From: an uncultured Pelolinea sp.
GTDB taxonomy: Bacteria; Chloroflexota; Anaerolineae; Anaerolineales; Anaerolineaceae
Reading direction: 5' to 3'
Assembly: GCA_964408645.1 (NCBI GenBank)
Contig: CAYPAG010000002.1
Coordinates: forward strand, 1-51,266
Length of the DNA: 51,266 nucleotides
The position numbers and the translations under genes are program-made. The notes under the pieces are model-generated. The model saw only the letters and a program-made list of their open reading frames with translations, was not told where the DNA came from and did not search any database. Position 1 is the stretch's first letter; every line of letters begins with the position of its first letter. Positions 27,609 through 37,800 of the stretch are shown here, piece by piece.

Positions 27609-28967
27609 TTACTTGCCTCTGCGCAGGATGGCATCGGACATGCGGGCGACCCGCGACATCATTTTTACATTGTGAACACGGACGATATCCGCACCGCGGG
27701 CGATGCTGAGCGCAACTGCGGCTGCCGTACCCTCTTCACGCTCTTCCACGGGCAGATCCAGCACGCGGCCGATGAAAGATTTACGCGATGGTCCAGAGAG
27801 CAGCGGAAACCCCAATTCCTTCAACTCATTCAACCGGTTGATCAAAGCCAGATTCTGCTCTTGGCTTTTCCCGAAGCCGATGCCGGGATCAAGAATGATG
27901 TGGCCATCCGGAATTCCCGCGGAGCGCGCGGTATCCACGCATTGCATTAGACCGGCTTTAATTTCCTGCAAAAAGTCACCGTAGAGCACCCCTTCATAAC
28001 TTTTGCCAAGCGCGCCAAGATCATTTACCGCACCAGACTGGCTGCGGTTGTGCATCAACACCACACCCGCGTGATGGCGGGCAATGACGCCGGCGAGGGC
28101 GGGATCAGCGGTCAGGCCCCAAATGTCGTTGATCCAATCGGCACCTGCCGCCAGACATTTTTCCGCCACGTCTGATTTCCACGCATCAATGGAGATGATG
28201 ACGGGCAGTTTTAAGGCAAGGATACCTTCCAACACCGGCAGGAGGCGCGCGAGCTCAGTTTCGGCGGAGACAGGTTCTGACCCCGGCCGGCTGCTTTCCG
28301 CACCCAGGTCAAGGATGTCCGCGCCATCGCGGACAAATTCCTCTGCCTGCCTGATCGCTCTCACGGAAAAATCATCATCCACAGCCAAGCCATCGCCCGA
28401 GAAACTGTCAGGCGTCACATTAATGATGCCCATAATATAAGTACGCAAGCCCCACTGAGGCATTTTTGCAGCTGCGGCGTTCCCATCAACATATAGGTGG
28501 ACGCCGGTTGAGTCAATCTTTTCAGATAGTTCGCGGATCGTATGATGAAGGGTGGGGTGTACCAGATCAGGCGCGATTTCAGCCAGGGGGATCAGAACGA
28601 ATGCTCTTTCGTGCAGAGAGGGATGCGGTATCACCAGGGTTTCTGTGGACAACTCCAGTTCATCATAAAAGAGAATATCCAGGTCAATTTTGCGCGGCCC
28701 ATATCGAAAGGTGGACTCGCGCCCCATATCTGATTCAATTGCCTTTAATTCCTGCAATAATTCTGACGGGTTAAGTTCGGTCTCTAACTCAACCACCTGA
28801 TTGAGAAAGTTGGGTTGGTCTTGAAAGCCCCATGGCTCAGTCTCGTAAACGCTTGAGACCTTCATTATTTTGGATTTCCGGCCCAGGCAGCGCAGCGATT
28901 CAGCCAGCTGCTGATCGCGATCGCCCAAGTTGGCGCCGAGACCGATAAACGCCCGGTGGGTCATCAC
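27609..28967 (-). CDS. folKP: Bifunctional HPPK-dihydropteroate synthase (FolK-FolP fusion)
   Basis: N-terminal FolK (IGLGANLG, YETEPWG, GPRKIDLDIL, IPHP...ERAFVLIPL) in one frame with C-terminal FolP (MGIINVTPDSFS, ESSRPG, DPGIGFGK, SRKSF, RVHNV). Confidence 0.95.
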   Translation of the reverse strand: MMTHRAFIGLGANLGDRDQQLAESLRCLGRKSKIMKVSSVYETEPWGFQDQPNFLNQVVELETELNPSELLQELKAIESDMGRESTFRYGPRKIDLDILFYDELELSTETLVIPHPSLHERAFVLIPLAEIAPDLVHPTLHHTIRELSEKIDSTGVHLYVDGNAAAAKMPQWGLRTYIMGIINVTPDSFSGDGLAVDDDFSVRAIRQAEEFVRDGADILDLGAESSRPGSEPVSAETELARLLPVLEGILALKLPVIISIDAWKSDVAEKCLAAGADWINDIWGLTADPALAGVIARHHAGVVLMHNRSQSGAVNDLGALGKSYEGVLYGDFLQEIKAGLMQCVDTARSAGIPDGHIILDPGIGFGKSQEQNLALINRLNELKELGFPLLSGPSRKSFIGRVLDLPVEEREEGTAAAVALSIARGADIVRVHNVKMMSRVARMSDAILRRGK

Positions 28968-30001
28968 GACCTTGTTTTGAGGATATTCAAAATATCCGCC
29001 AGCAAGCCATAGGCAGTGGTGTCCGGGCTTGGATTGGATTCAAGAATACCCAGTCCCGGTAAAACATCGGTGTGGAAAACCACAAATGAACTGGTGCCAT
29101 TGACACTGTAGAGTGGTGATTTGGAAGGGACTTCCTCCGGTTGAACGCTCGCGGACAGCTTGCCATTATTTTTCTCGGCGCGACAGACCAGCTTCCAGCG
29201 TTTGCCTTCAAGCTTTGATTTCTGGATTTCTTTGAGTGACAATCCGCGGATACCCTCACGGTCCACATCCTGCGGTTTGAGCGGCTCGTCCATCAGCACG
29301 GTGGCGATCGCCGCGACCTTGATAGCCGCGTCCCAGCCGTCAATATCCCCGCTTGGATCGGTTTCGGCAATGCCGATACTCTGGGCGTATGCCACCGCGT
29401 TCTCAAAAGAATCACCTTCCTCCATGCGCTCCAACAGCATGTTGGTGCATGAGTTTAAAATCCCCTCAAAGCCATTGATGTGGATAGCCGGTAAAGCTTC
29501 GCGGAACACAGAAAAGATCGGGGCGCCGTCCATCACTGCAGATTCAAACAGGTAGCGAACGCCGTTCTTCTCGGCGAGGTTGGTGAGTTCCCGAAAAGCG
29601 TGCACCACAGGCCCTTTGTTGGCCGAGACCGCGTGCATGCCGCTGCCAAGCGCCGCCTTGATATGGCTGATGGCTGGTTCGCCTGTCTGATAATTTACCG
29701 GTGAATTTTCAAGCAGGAAGTCTGCCCCGGAATGGGCGATGAAATCATTCACATCGTCAGGCGCTTTAGTTGAAGAGAGAGATTCTATGGATTCACCTTT
29801 TTTGTGAAGTTCAATGGCTTTCGCCGCGTCCAGCCCCTGCGGGTTGAGCGCTCTCCCATGGCGCCCGGTGGCGATGGCGGTGAAAACAAACCTCACCCCA
29901 TAATCATCAGCGAGTTCCTTTTGTTTGCGGTTCACCAGGTGTACAAATGCCTGGCTGACATTACCGAAACCCATCAGGCAGATTTTGATCGTTTTTTCCA
30001 T
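28964..30001 (-). CDS. hom: Homoserine dehydrogenase (no ACT domain)
   Basis: GFGNVS, VSANKGP, ESAVMDGAP, GILNS and AETDPSGDIDGWDAAIK motifs. Start is ATG 30001 or TTG 30022. Confidence 0.92.
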   Translation of the reverse strand: MEKTIKICLMGFGNVSQAFVHLVNRKQKELADDYGVRFVFTAIATGRHGRALNPQGLDAAKAIELHKKGESIESLSSTKAPDDVNDFIAHSGADFLLENSPVNYQTGEPAISHIKAALGSGMHAVSANKGPVVHAFRELTNLAEKNGVRYLFESAVMDGAPIFSVFREALPAIHINGFEGILNSCTNMLLERMEEGDSFENAVAYAQSIGIAETDPSGDIDGWDAAIKVAAIATVLMDEPLKPQDVDREGIRGLSLKEIQKSKLEGKRWKLVCRAEKNNGKLSASVQPEEVPSKSPLYSVNGTSSFVVFHTDVLPGLGILESNPSPDTTAYGLLADILNILKTRS

Positions 30002-30034
30002 GCGTCTTCCATCCTTTAACAATGATGCCTAATT

Positions 30035-30760
30035 CTAAACCAGCGGCCAGGGATATGGTCTGCGTTCCGGATCGGGTTGCGGAAATACCGGGTGATCAAG
30101 CAGCGCGTCGATCCGACGCCTTATCGCCCGGATTTCAGAGGTTTTCAAGTGCTTGTGCAAATCAACATACAACTGTGTTTTATCTCCCAAAGGCTGGCGC
30201 AGACGGCTGATGTCGGCCAACAGGGACGGAGGTATTTCCTGTCCGGCAAAGTCCCAGATCACCGTGCGCAGCTTGGGTTCGGTATGGAAGCAAAGGCCAT
30301 GATCGATCAGCCAGATCTTTCGGTTTTCATCCAGCAGGATATGGCTGCCTTTCCGGTCCGCGTTATTGATCACCAGGTCAAAGAGCGCGACTGGCACGAG
30401 GCTTTCAAGCGTCGGCTTGTCAAAGGTGAAGTAATTTTCTTCGGGGTTATGTTCGATGAACACCTGAAGCGATCCCTTGCCGAAAGCCGCCTTGCGGCGG
30501 ATGACGGTGGGCGGCACCAGCTCCCAACCCAGGGCATCACTGATGATGTATGCGGCTACCTCCCTGCCAGCCAGCGATTCCGGAGGAAAGTCCCACAAAG
30601 GCATCTCACCTTTTTGTGGTTTATACACCGCCTTGACGCGGGTATCTTCGCGGCTGAGTGAAACGAGGAAAGAATAATTGCTGCCGAATAGGAACTGGCC
30701 TTTGACTTCAAGGTCACCCTTGGTCAGCAATTCAATTTGATCCTGCTTGTCGATGTCCAC
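30035..30760 (-). CDS. SCO1664-family PI3/PI4-kinase-like protein
   Basis: AVYKP..GE.PLWDFP, REVAAY, GSLQ, NNADRKGSH, IDHGLCFH..KLRTVIW and PWPLV motifs. Confidence 0.88.
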   Translation of the reverse strand: MDIDKQDQIELLTKGDLEVKGQFLFGSNYSFLVSLSREDTRVKAVYKPQKGEMPLWDFPPESLAGREVAAYIISDALGWELVPPTVIRRKAAFGKGSLQVFIEHNPEENYFTFDKPTLESLVPVALFDLVINNADRKGSHILLDENRKIWLIDHGLCFHTEPKLRTVIWDFAGQEIPPSLLADISRLRQPLGDKTQLYVDLHKHLKTSEIRAIRRRIDALLDHPVFPQPDPERRPYPWPLV

Positions 30761-30775
30761 CTGACCCAGAAAATT

Positions 30776-31312
30776 TTATTGATCTTCCGATTTTTTATGG
30801 CCGTTCTTTTTGGGGCAGAAGTGCCCTTCCGGTTCCATGGGCTGAAGGCACTGCGGACAGATTGGCCGTCCGCGTTCGATCACAATAGACCCCCAGCGTG
30901 CGAGCGCCAGCACCTGGCCCCGGGAGCAACCATACCGGACCATGGCCCCTGAGTCCGGATTCCCCGTGAGAACCATTTCCTTCGCGATGATATTCACCAC
31001 ATCACGCCCGGCATCATAGGCCAAGCCCATCTCACCCACACGAAAACGCGGATCGACCGGCGGTTCGATGCGCATCTCTTTTTCACTGAAATCCACCGCT
31101 TCCTCGATTTGATCAGGAAATTTGTCCTTGATCTGATCCAGAAAATCATCGATCGCGGTGATGAGTGATTGAAGCTGGATTTTCTCGATGATCAAACACA
31201 CACTTTCACCATCCTTGTGCCCTTCAATGTAAAATACCCGGTTTCCCGGGGAACCGATGGCATCCACGGTGATGTGATCTACGGGATCGAGCAGAATGAC
31301 TGAACTTGGCAT
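30776..31312 (-). CDS. DUF3090-family protein
   Basis: DAIGSPGNRVFY, EKIQL and FRVGEMGLAYD, with a C-terminal GRPICPQC..PM.PEGHFCP.KNGH zinc-ribbon-like motif; adjacent to the SCO1664 family gene. Confidence 0.87.
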   Translation of the reverse strand: MPSSVILLDPVDHITVDAIGSPGNRVFYIEGHKDGESVCLIIEKIQLQSLITAIDDFLDQIKDKFPDQIEEAVDFSEKEMRIEPPVDPRFRVGEMGLAYDAGRDVVNIIAKEMVLTGNPDSGAMVRYGCSRGQVLALARWGSIVIERGRPICPQCLQPMEPEGHFCPKKNGHKKSEDQ

Positions 31313-31315
31313 AGG

Positions 31316-32161
31316 TTATTCCCTCATCAATTTAATTTTTGTGTTCTCAGTTGACCAGTCGAGCTGAACTGCCTGAGTTTGAATACCCAAAAGGTCCTGG
31401 ATGGAATGGCTGAACTGGTCGGCTTTGCCGGTGGTGGCAAAGGTCAAATGGGTGGGTGAGGCGGTGTCCAACCTGACCGCATGTTCGTTTGCCAGGTATT
31501 CAGTTCGGCGGGCAATGGCGGGCGCTGGATCGATCACTTCCACTGATGGTCCGGCGATCTGCTGGATCAGCGGCATCACGAATGGAAAATGGGTGCATCC
31601 GAGCACCAGAGTGTCAGCGCCGGCGGCGACCATGGGATTGATCGCGCTTTCCAGAATGCGGCGCGTTTCAGGGCTGTCCAGCCGGCCGGCTTCGATTTCC
31701 TCCACCAGGCCGGGCAGCGTATCAGTCAGGATGTGGACATCCTGGGCGAAGCGCTCCACCAGGGTGGCGTAAAGCCGGCCTTGAAAGGTGGCCGGTGTGG
31801 CCAGCACGCCCACCACGCCGTTATGCGTATGCTGGGAGGCGGGTTTGACGGCGGGCTCCATACCGACAAAGAGCGTTTCTGGAAATGCTTCGCGTAATTC
31901 TTTCAACGCCGCGGCTGAGGCCGTATTGCAGGCCACCACGATGATGCGCGCGCCTTGATCTTGCAGGAAGCGGGTGATGGCAAATGACAAACCGCGGATC
32001 TCTTCAAGCCCACGTTTGCCGTAAGGGACATGCGCCTGGTCGGCAAGATAAAATATCGGCGCTTCGGACATCAGCCGATGGATTTCCCGCAGCACAGACA
32101 ACCCGCCTACCCCTGAGTCGAAAATGCCGATCAAATTCTTTTTGCCGGACGAATCTTTCAT
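31316..32161 (-). CDS. murI: Glutamate racemase
   Basis: IGIFDSGVGGLSV, PYG, and catalytic ACNTAS and LGCTHF motifs. Start set at ATG 32161. Confidence 0.95.
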   Translation of the reverse strand: MKDSSGKKNLIGIFDSGVGGLSVLREIHRLMSEAPIFYLADQAHVPYGKRGLEEIRGLSFAITRFLQDQGARIIVVACNTASAAALKELREAFPETLFVGMEPAVKPASQHTHNGVVGVLATPATFQGRLYATLVERFAQDVHILTDTLPGLVEEIEAGRLDSPETRRILESAINPMVAAGADTLVLGCTHFPFVMPLIQQIAGPSVEVIDPAPAIARRTEYLANEHAVRLDTASPTHLTFATTGKADQFSHSIQDLLGIQTQAVQLDWSTENTKIKLMRE

Positions 32162-32183
32162 TGCGCTGCCAGGATTATAAATG

Positions 32184-32214
32184 AAAAGGGTGCAGCCTGG
32201 CGTTGGCCGCACCC
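32184..32214 (-). terminator. Terminator after rplS
   Basis: Minus strand GGGTGCGGCC-AACGCCA-GGCTGCACCC-TTTT, a 10-bp stem with one G.U pair. Confidence 0.8.
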
Positions 32215-32240
32215 ACATGAACAACAAGGGCGATGAAAAA

Positions 32241-32588
32241 TTACGAGAATTTCTCTTTGAGACGGGCTTTTTTGCCAGTCCTCTCGCGCAGGAAGAAAAG
32301 TTTGGCACGGCGGACTTTGCCGTGTCGTTCAACCACCACCTTGTCAATGCGCGGTGAGCGCATCAGGAAGGTGCGTTCCACGCCGACGCCGTTGGCGGCC
32401 AGGCGGCGCACGGTGAAGGTTTCGTGTGAACCTTTTTTACGGATGGCGATGAGCGTTCCCTTGAATTCCTGGATGCGTTCGCGGTCGCCTTCCTTGATTT
32501 TTACATGCACGCTGACTGAATCACCGGGGAATAATTCCGGGATGTTCGGATTCGCGGGTGCTTCTACAAGTTGTGTTAATTCGTTCAT
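32241..32588 (-). CDS. rplS: 50S ribosomal protein L19
   Basis: [38 protein letters not shown] and [11 protein letters not shown] motifs. Start set at ATG 32588. Confidence 0.97.
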   Translation of the reverse strand: MNELTQLVEAPANPNIPELFPGDSVSVHVKIKEGDRERIQEFKGTLIAIRKKGSHETFTVRRLAANGVGVERTFLMRSPRIDKVVVERHGKVRRAKLFFLRERTGKKARLKEKFS

Positions 32589-32852
32589 TTCGATCCCTGT
32601 TAATAATTTCATTTACGCCATGTGGCGCGAATGGTGATTTTACCATAAAGGCTAATTTTTGGTGGGAATTGAACACATATGACACCAGTTTTGTTGAAAT
32701 GTATTTAATCCCAATAATTTGGCAAAGGCCTAAATTCTCATGACACTCGAACATGGTGAGGGTGTTCAGGGCTAAAGCCACTCAGAACAACTGAAAAAAT
32801 AGAGGGAAAATCCTTAGCTTCAATGAAAACATCCACAAAAATATTAGGTGGC

Positions 32853-34739
32853 CTAAATTTCTCCATTGTCCTGCGTGGACTTCAAAGCCTGAAGCAGGCT
32901 GTTGGCCAGGTCTGCGTGAATTCCAGGCACTTCAACCAATTCTTCCACGCTGGCCTTGCGCACGCCATCCAGCGAGCCGAATTTTTTCAGCAGCGCTTTC
33001 TTACGCGCCGGGCCGATACCCGGGATCTGGTCCAGGCGGGAGACCAACCGTTCCTTCGCGCGCATCTTGCGGTGGGCGGTGATGGCAAAGCGATGGGCTT
33101 CGTCGCGGATGCGCTGCATCAGGTAAAGCCCCTGGGAGCTGCGCGGCAGTTCCACCGGCAGGTCGCGATCGGGCATGAAGATCAATTCATGCTCCTTGGC
33201 CAGCCCGACGATGGTGGTTCCTTCAAGGTTGTTGTATTGACTGGCGACTTTGACCGCGCGGCTCAACTGGCCTTTGCCGCCATCCACCACCAATAGGTCA
33301 GGCAGGATGGCGAAAGATTCGTCCACTTTTTCACCTACGGCCTGCGTTTCCTGAATGGCGAGCCAGCGTTTGAAGCGGCGGGCAAGGACTTCTTCCATGC
33401 TGGCGAAGTCATCCGGCCCGCTGACGGTTTTGATGTTGAACCGGCGGTAGAGCTTTTTGTTGGGCACCCCTTGTTCGAACACCACCATGCTGCCGACCGC
33501 GGCGGTGCCGTGGATGTTTGAAATGTCATAGCATTCGATGCGATTGGGCGGTTTCTCCATCCCCAGCGCCTGCTGCAGCTCCGCCAGCGATTGACTTTGC
33601 TTGTGGGTGTCGGCTTCCCATTGGGATTTGAGCGCGGTAAGCGTTTCGACCGCATTTTCGGTGGCCATCTTCACCAGGTCGCGGCTGGAACCGCGCCTGG
33701 GAATGCGGATCTGCACCTTCTCGCCGCCGCGCTGCTGGTGCAGCCATTGTTGGATGATGACGGCTTCCTCCACCTCGTTGGGCAGCAAGACTTCCCTGGG
33801 GATATGGCTAGCCTCTGAGTAGAACTGCTTGATGAATTCCGAAATGACTTCGCTGTCGGCTTCGTCCTCGGTGCCCTCCAGGATGAAGTATTCGCGCCCG
33901 ATCAGGCGCCCGTTGCGGATGAAGAACACCTGCACGCAGGAATCTCCATTGCTGCGGGCCAGGGCGATCACGTCTGAATCCTCTTCGCGATTGGAGATGA
34001 TCTTCTGCCTTTCGACCACCTTTTCAATGGCAAAGATCTGGTCGCGCACCACGGCCGCCTGCTCAAAGTCCATCTGGCTGGAAAGCTGGCGCATCTTTTC
34101 CTGGAGCCGCGAGAGGATCGGGTCAGTGTGCCCTTCCAGGAACTTGCACAGGTCGTCGATCATCTGGCGGTAATCTTCCTGGTTGATCTTGCCGATGCAG
34201 GGGGCGGTGCATAACTTGATGTCGTAATACAGGCAGGCGCGCGGATCCTGCCCGGTGATGACGCGGTCGCAGGAGCGGTATTGAAAGATCTTGCGCAGTA
34301 AATCAAGCGTTTGATGGACGGCCCAAACGCTAGTGAAGGGGCCGTAGTAACGCGAGCCGTCCTTTTCATGCTGGCGCGTGACGATCACTTTGGGGAAAGG
34401 ATCTGCCCACAGCACTTTGATAAAGGGGTAGCGTTTGTCATCCTTCAGCCGCACGTTGTATTGCGGGAGATGTTTCTTGATCAGATTCATCTCCAGGATC
34501 AAGGCTTCCAACTCGGACTCCACCACGATGAATTCAATGTCCGCGATCTCATGCACCAACCGGCGCGTCTTGCGGGTCAGCTCGGCGCTGGCATGGAAAT
34601 AGGAGCGCACCCGCGACCGCAGATTGACCGCCTTGCCGACGTAGATGATGCGGCCTTGCGCGTCCTTCATCAGGTAGCAGCCGGATTTGACAGGGAGATT
34701 GTCCAGTATTCCCTGAATGTGCTCAGAGGGAATGGCCAT
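32853..34739 (-). CDS. uvrC: Excinuclease ABC subunit C
   Basis: GIY-YIG N-terminus (GCY...IIYVGKAVNLRSRV), Cys cluster, IECYDISN, DGGKGQL, RDEAHRFA and HhH (IPGIG) motifs. Confidence 0.97.
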   Translation of the reverse strand: MAIPSEHIQGILDNLPVKSGCYLMKDAQGRIIYVGKAVNLRSRVRSYFHASAELTRKTRRLVHEIADIEFIVVESELEALILEMNLIKKHLPQYNVRLKDDKRYPFIKVLWADPFPKVIVTRQHEKDGSRYYGPFTSVWAVHQTLDLLRKIFQYRSCDRVITGQDPRACLYYDIKLCTAPCIGKINQEDYRQMIDDLCKFLEGHTDPILSRLQEKMRQLSSQMDFEQAAVVRDQIFAIEKVVERQKIISNREEDSDVIALARSNGDSCVQVFFIRNGRLIGREYFILEGTEDEADSEVISEFIKQFYSEASHIPREVLLPNEVEEAVIIQQWLHQQRGGEKVQIRIPRRGSSRDLVKMATENAVETLTALKSQWEADTHKQSQSLAELQQALGMEKPPNRIECYDISNIHGTAAVGSMVVFEQGVPNKKLYRRFNIKTVSGPDDFASMEEVLARRFKRWLAIQETQAVGEKVDESFAILPDLLVVDGGKGQLSRAVKVASQYNNLEGTTIVGLAKEHELIFMPDRDLPVELPRSSQGLYLMQRIRDEAHRFAITAHRKMRAKERLVSRLDQIPGIGPARKKALLKKFGSLDGVRKASVEELVEVPGIHADLANSLLQALKSTQDNGEI

Positions 34740-34896
34740 GCGCCAATTTTAACATGGGGCTGTTGAAAAGCGCTTTTTTGGGGATTTATTCAAAATTCTC
34801 ACGCAACTACTTGAAAAAAAACGGGTTTAGTACTCAAACAGGTCAACCAGTACTTGTTAATTGAATATACAAATGGAAATTATCGAGGTAAGGACG

Positions 34897-37800
34897 ATGA
34901 GTACTCAAAATAAGAAGCAACCTCAATCATTGAATACCACCGGCGTGCCGGTCGCTATTGTCGGCATGGCTGGCATTTTTCCCCAGGCGGAGAACCTTGG
35001 GCGTTATTGGGCCAATATTATGGGTGAGGTCAACTGCATCAGCGAGGTGCCGGCTTCACGCTGGTCGATCGCCGATTATTACGATCCGGATCCCAACACT
35101 GCGGATAAAACTTACAGCAAACACGGTGGTTTTATCCCGGATATTCACTTCGATCCGATGGAGTTCGGCCTGCCGCCGAATTTTCTGGAAGTGACTGATG
35201 TGTCCCAGCTGTTGGGGTTGGTGGTGGCGCGCGACGCGCTGTCAGACGCGGGTTACCCGGACAAGGGCAAAGAGATCCTTGACCGAACCGGCGTGATCCT
35301 GGGGATGGTGGGTATGTCCTCCAAGGTGATCCAGCCGCTGCTTAACCGGCTGCAGTACCCGGTGTGGGAAAAAGCGCTGCGTTCCAGCTCGGTTCCCGAG
35401 CAGGAGATCCCCGAGATTATCGAAAAGATCAAGCTGGCTTATGTCGGCTGGAACGAAAACGCTTTCCCCGGCGCGATCGGCAACGTGGTTGCCGGGCGCA
35501 TTGCCAATCGCTTTGACCTGGGCGGCACCAACTGCATCGTGGACGCCGCGTGCGGCAGCTCATTGGCCGCCGTGAGCATGGCAGTCGCGGAGCTCTCGCT
35601 TGGCCGCGCGGACATGATGATCACCGGCGGCGTGGACACGGATAATTCCGTTCTCACCTTCCTGTGCTTCAGCAAGACACCCGCTTTCTCCAAAGGCGAC
35701 CGCCTGCGCGCCTTCAGCGCCGAATCTGACGGCATGCTGGCTGGCGAGGGCATCGGCATGCTGGTGCTCAAACGGCTGGCGGACGCTGAAAAAGACGGCG
35801 ATCGAATCTACGCGGTCATCCGCGGTGTCGGCACGTCCAGTGATGGATATTTCAAGAGCATCTACGCGCCGCGTCCAAGCGGCCAGTCCAAAGCCCTGCG
35901 GCGGGCGTATGAAAACGCCGGCTATTCCTGCCAAACGGTGGGCTTGATCGAAGCGCACGGCACCGGCACCAACGCCGGCGACCCGGCAGAATTTGAGGGC
36001 TTGCGCGAAGTGTTCAGCGTGGATAATCCGAACAAGCAGACCATTGCCCTGGGCAGCGTGAAATCACAGATCGGACACACCAAAGCCACGGCCGGCGCAG
36101 CAAGCTTGATCAAGGCGGCTTTGGCGCTGCACCACCAGACACTGCCAGCCACCATCAATGTCTCCAAACCTAATCCAACAATGGCGGTTGAAGAAACACC
36201 GTTTTATCTCAACACACACACCCGCCCGTGGTTCGCCCGGAATGACGGCGCGCCGCGGCGCGCCGGGGTGAGTTCGTTTGGCTTTGGCGGTACCAATTTC
36301 CACATTGCCGTGGAAGAGTACGCCAGTGCCAGAAAGGATTTTGTCCGCATTCATCCCACACCCTATACCGTATTGCTTTCAGCCGATACCCCGCAGTCAT
36401 TACTGGATGTTTGCCGTACAAATGCCGCTGATCTGTCAGGCGAACAAGCAGAAGCAGTGTTGAACCGTCTGGATGAAGCATCTTCGAATGCGGTAATCCC
36501 GGCTGGGCACGCCCGTGTTGGGTTTGTGGCCATCTCTGTTGAAGATGCCCGTGAAAAGATGGCAGAAGCTATGAAACTGCTGGATGCGAACGCCGGACAG
36601 GCGAGCTGGTCAAACCCCAAAGGTATCTTCTTCCGTTCTTCGGGGGTTGAGGCAAAAGGTAAAACAGTCGCGCTTTTCCCGGGACAGGGATCGCAGTATG
36701 TCAATATGGGATTGGAATTGGCTGTCAACTTTCCACTCTTCCGCGAGGCGTTTGAGCAGGCGGACACACAGGTAATGAATAGTCGAAGTCAACCGCTCAC
36801 CAATGTGGTTTATCCCATTCCCGTGTTTTCAGATGAAGACCGTAAGGCGCAGCAGGAATCGTTGACCGCTACCGAAAATGCCCAACCGGCGATCGGCGCG
36901 TTCAGCATGGCACTGTATCGCATGCTGTCAGAAGCAGGATTTCAAGCTGATTATTTTGCCGGACACAGTTTTGGCGAATTGACCGCGTTGTGGGCGGGCG
37001 GAGCGCTGGAGGATGAGGCGTTTTTGCGCCTGGCCGCGGCACGAGGGCAGGCCATGAGCGCGCCTGTTGAATCAGGCAAGGATACCGGCAGCATGGCGGC
37101 TGTGAAGGGTGATCTCGCCACGATCAGCGAATTAATCAAGGACCACGCAGAGGTGAAGATCGCCAATTTCAACTCACCCTCACAGGTGGTAATCGCCGGC
37201 TCAACGCAGGGGATCAAAACGGTTCAGTCGGTTTTGGAAGAAGCGGGCATGTCTGTCTACCCATTAAACGTTTCAGCCGCGTTCCATACCCAATTTGTCG
37301 GGCATGCTAAAAAACCATTTTCCGAAGCCATCCGGAAGGAAAAATTCCGAAAACCACAAGGAAAAATATTCAGCAATTCCACCGCCCAGACCTATCCGGC
37401 TGACCCCGAAGCCGCCACGGAGCTGCTATCTGAGCATATCCTTAATTCGGTCAGGTTCCAGGAAGAGATCGAAAATATTTACCAGGAAGGGGGCCGCGTT
37501 TTTGTTGAGATCGGCCCCAAGAATATACTCAGCAATCTGGTCAAGGATATTTTAGGCAGCAAGCCGCATGAGGTTGTCACGTTTAATCCAAACATCAAGG
37601 GTGACAGCGATATCCAGTTCCGCCAAGCCGTTCTGCAGCTCAGGGTGCTGGGTTTTGCCTTGGGCAACTCAGACCCTCATAAAACGCACCGCTCAACCAT
37701 TAAACCTGCGCCCAGCAAGGTGGCGGTGAAATTGAATGGCGGACTTTATACAAGCGAAGCGACCAAGCAAAAATACGAAAAAGCGCTGATGAGAACCACC

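Noticed and set aside
27609-28440. Sulfonamide-resistance (Sul-type) DHPS
   Set aside because: It has the ordinary DPGIGFGK motif without the Sul-type insertion, in a chromosomal context with no mobile element.
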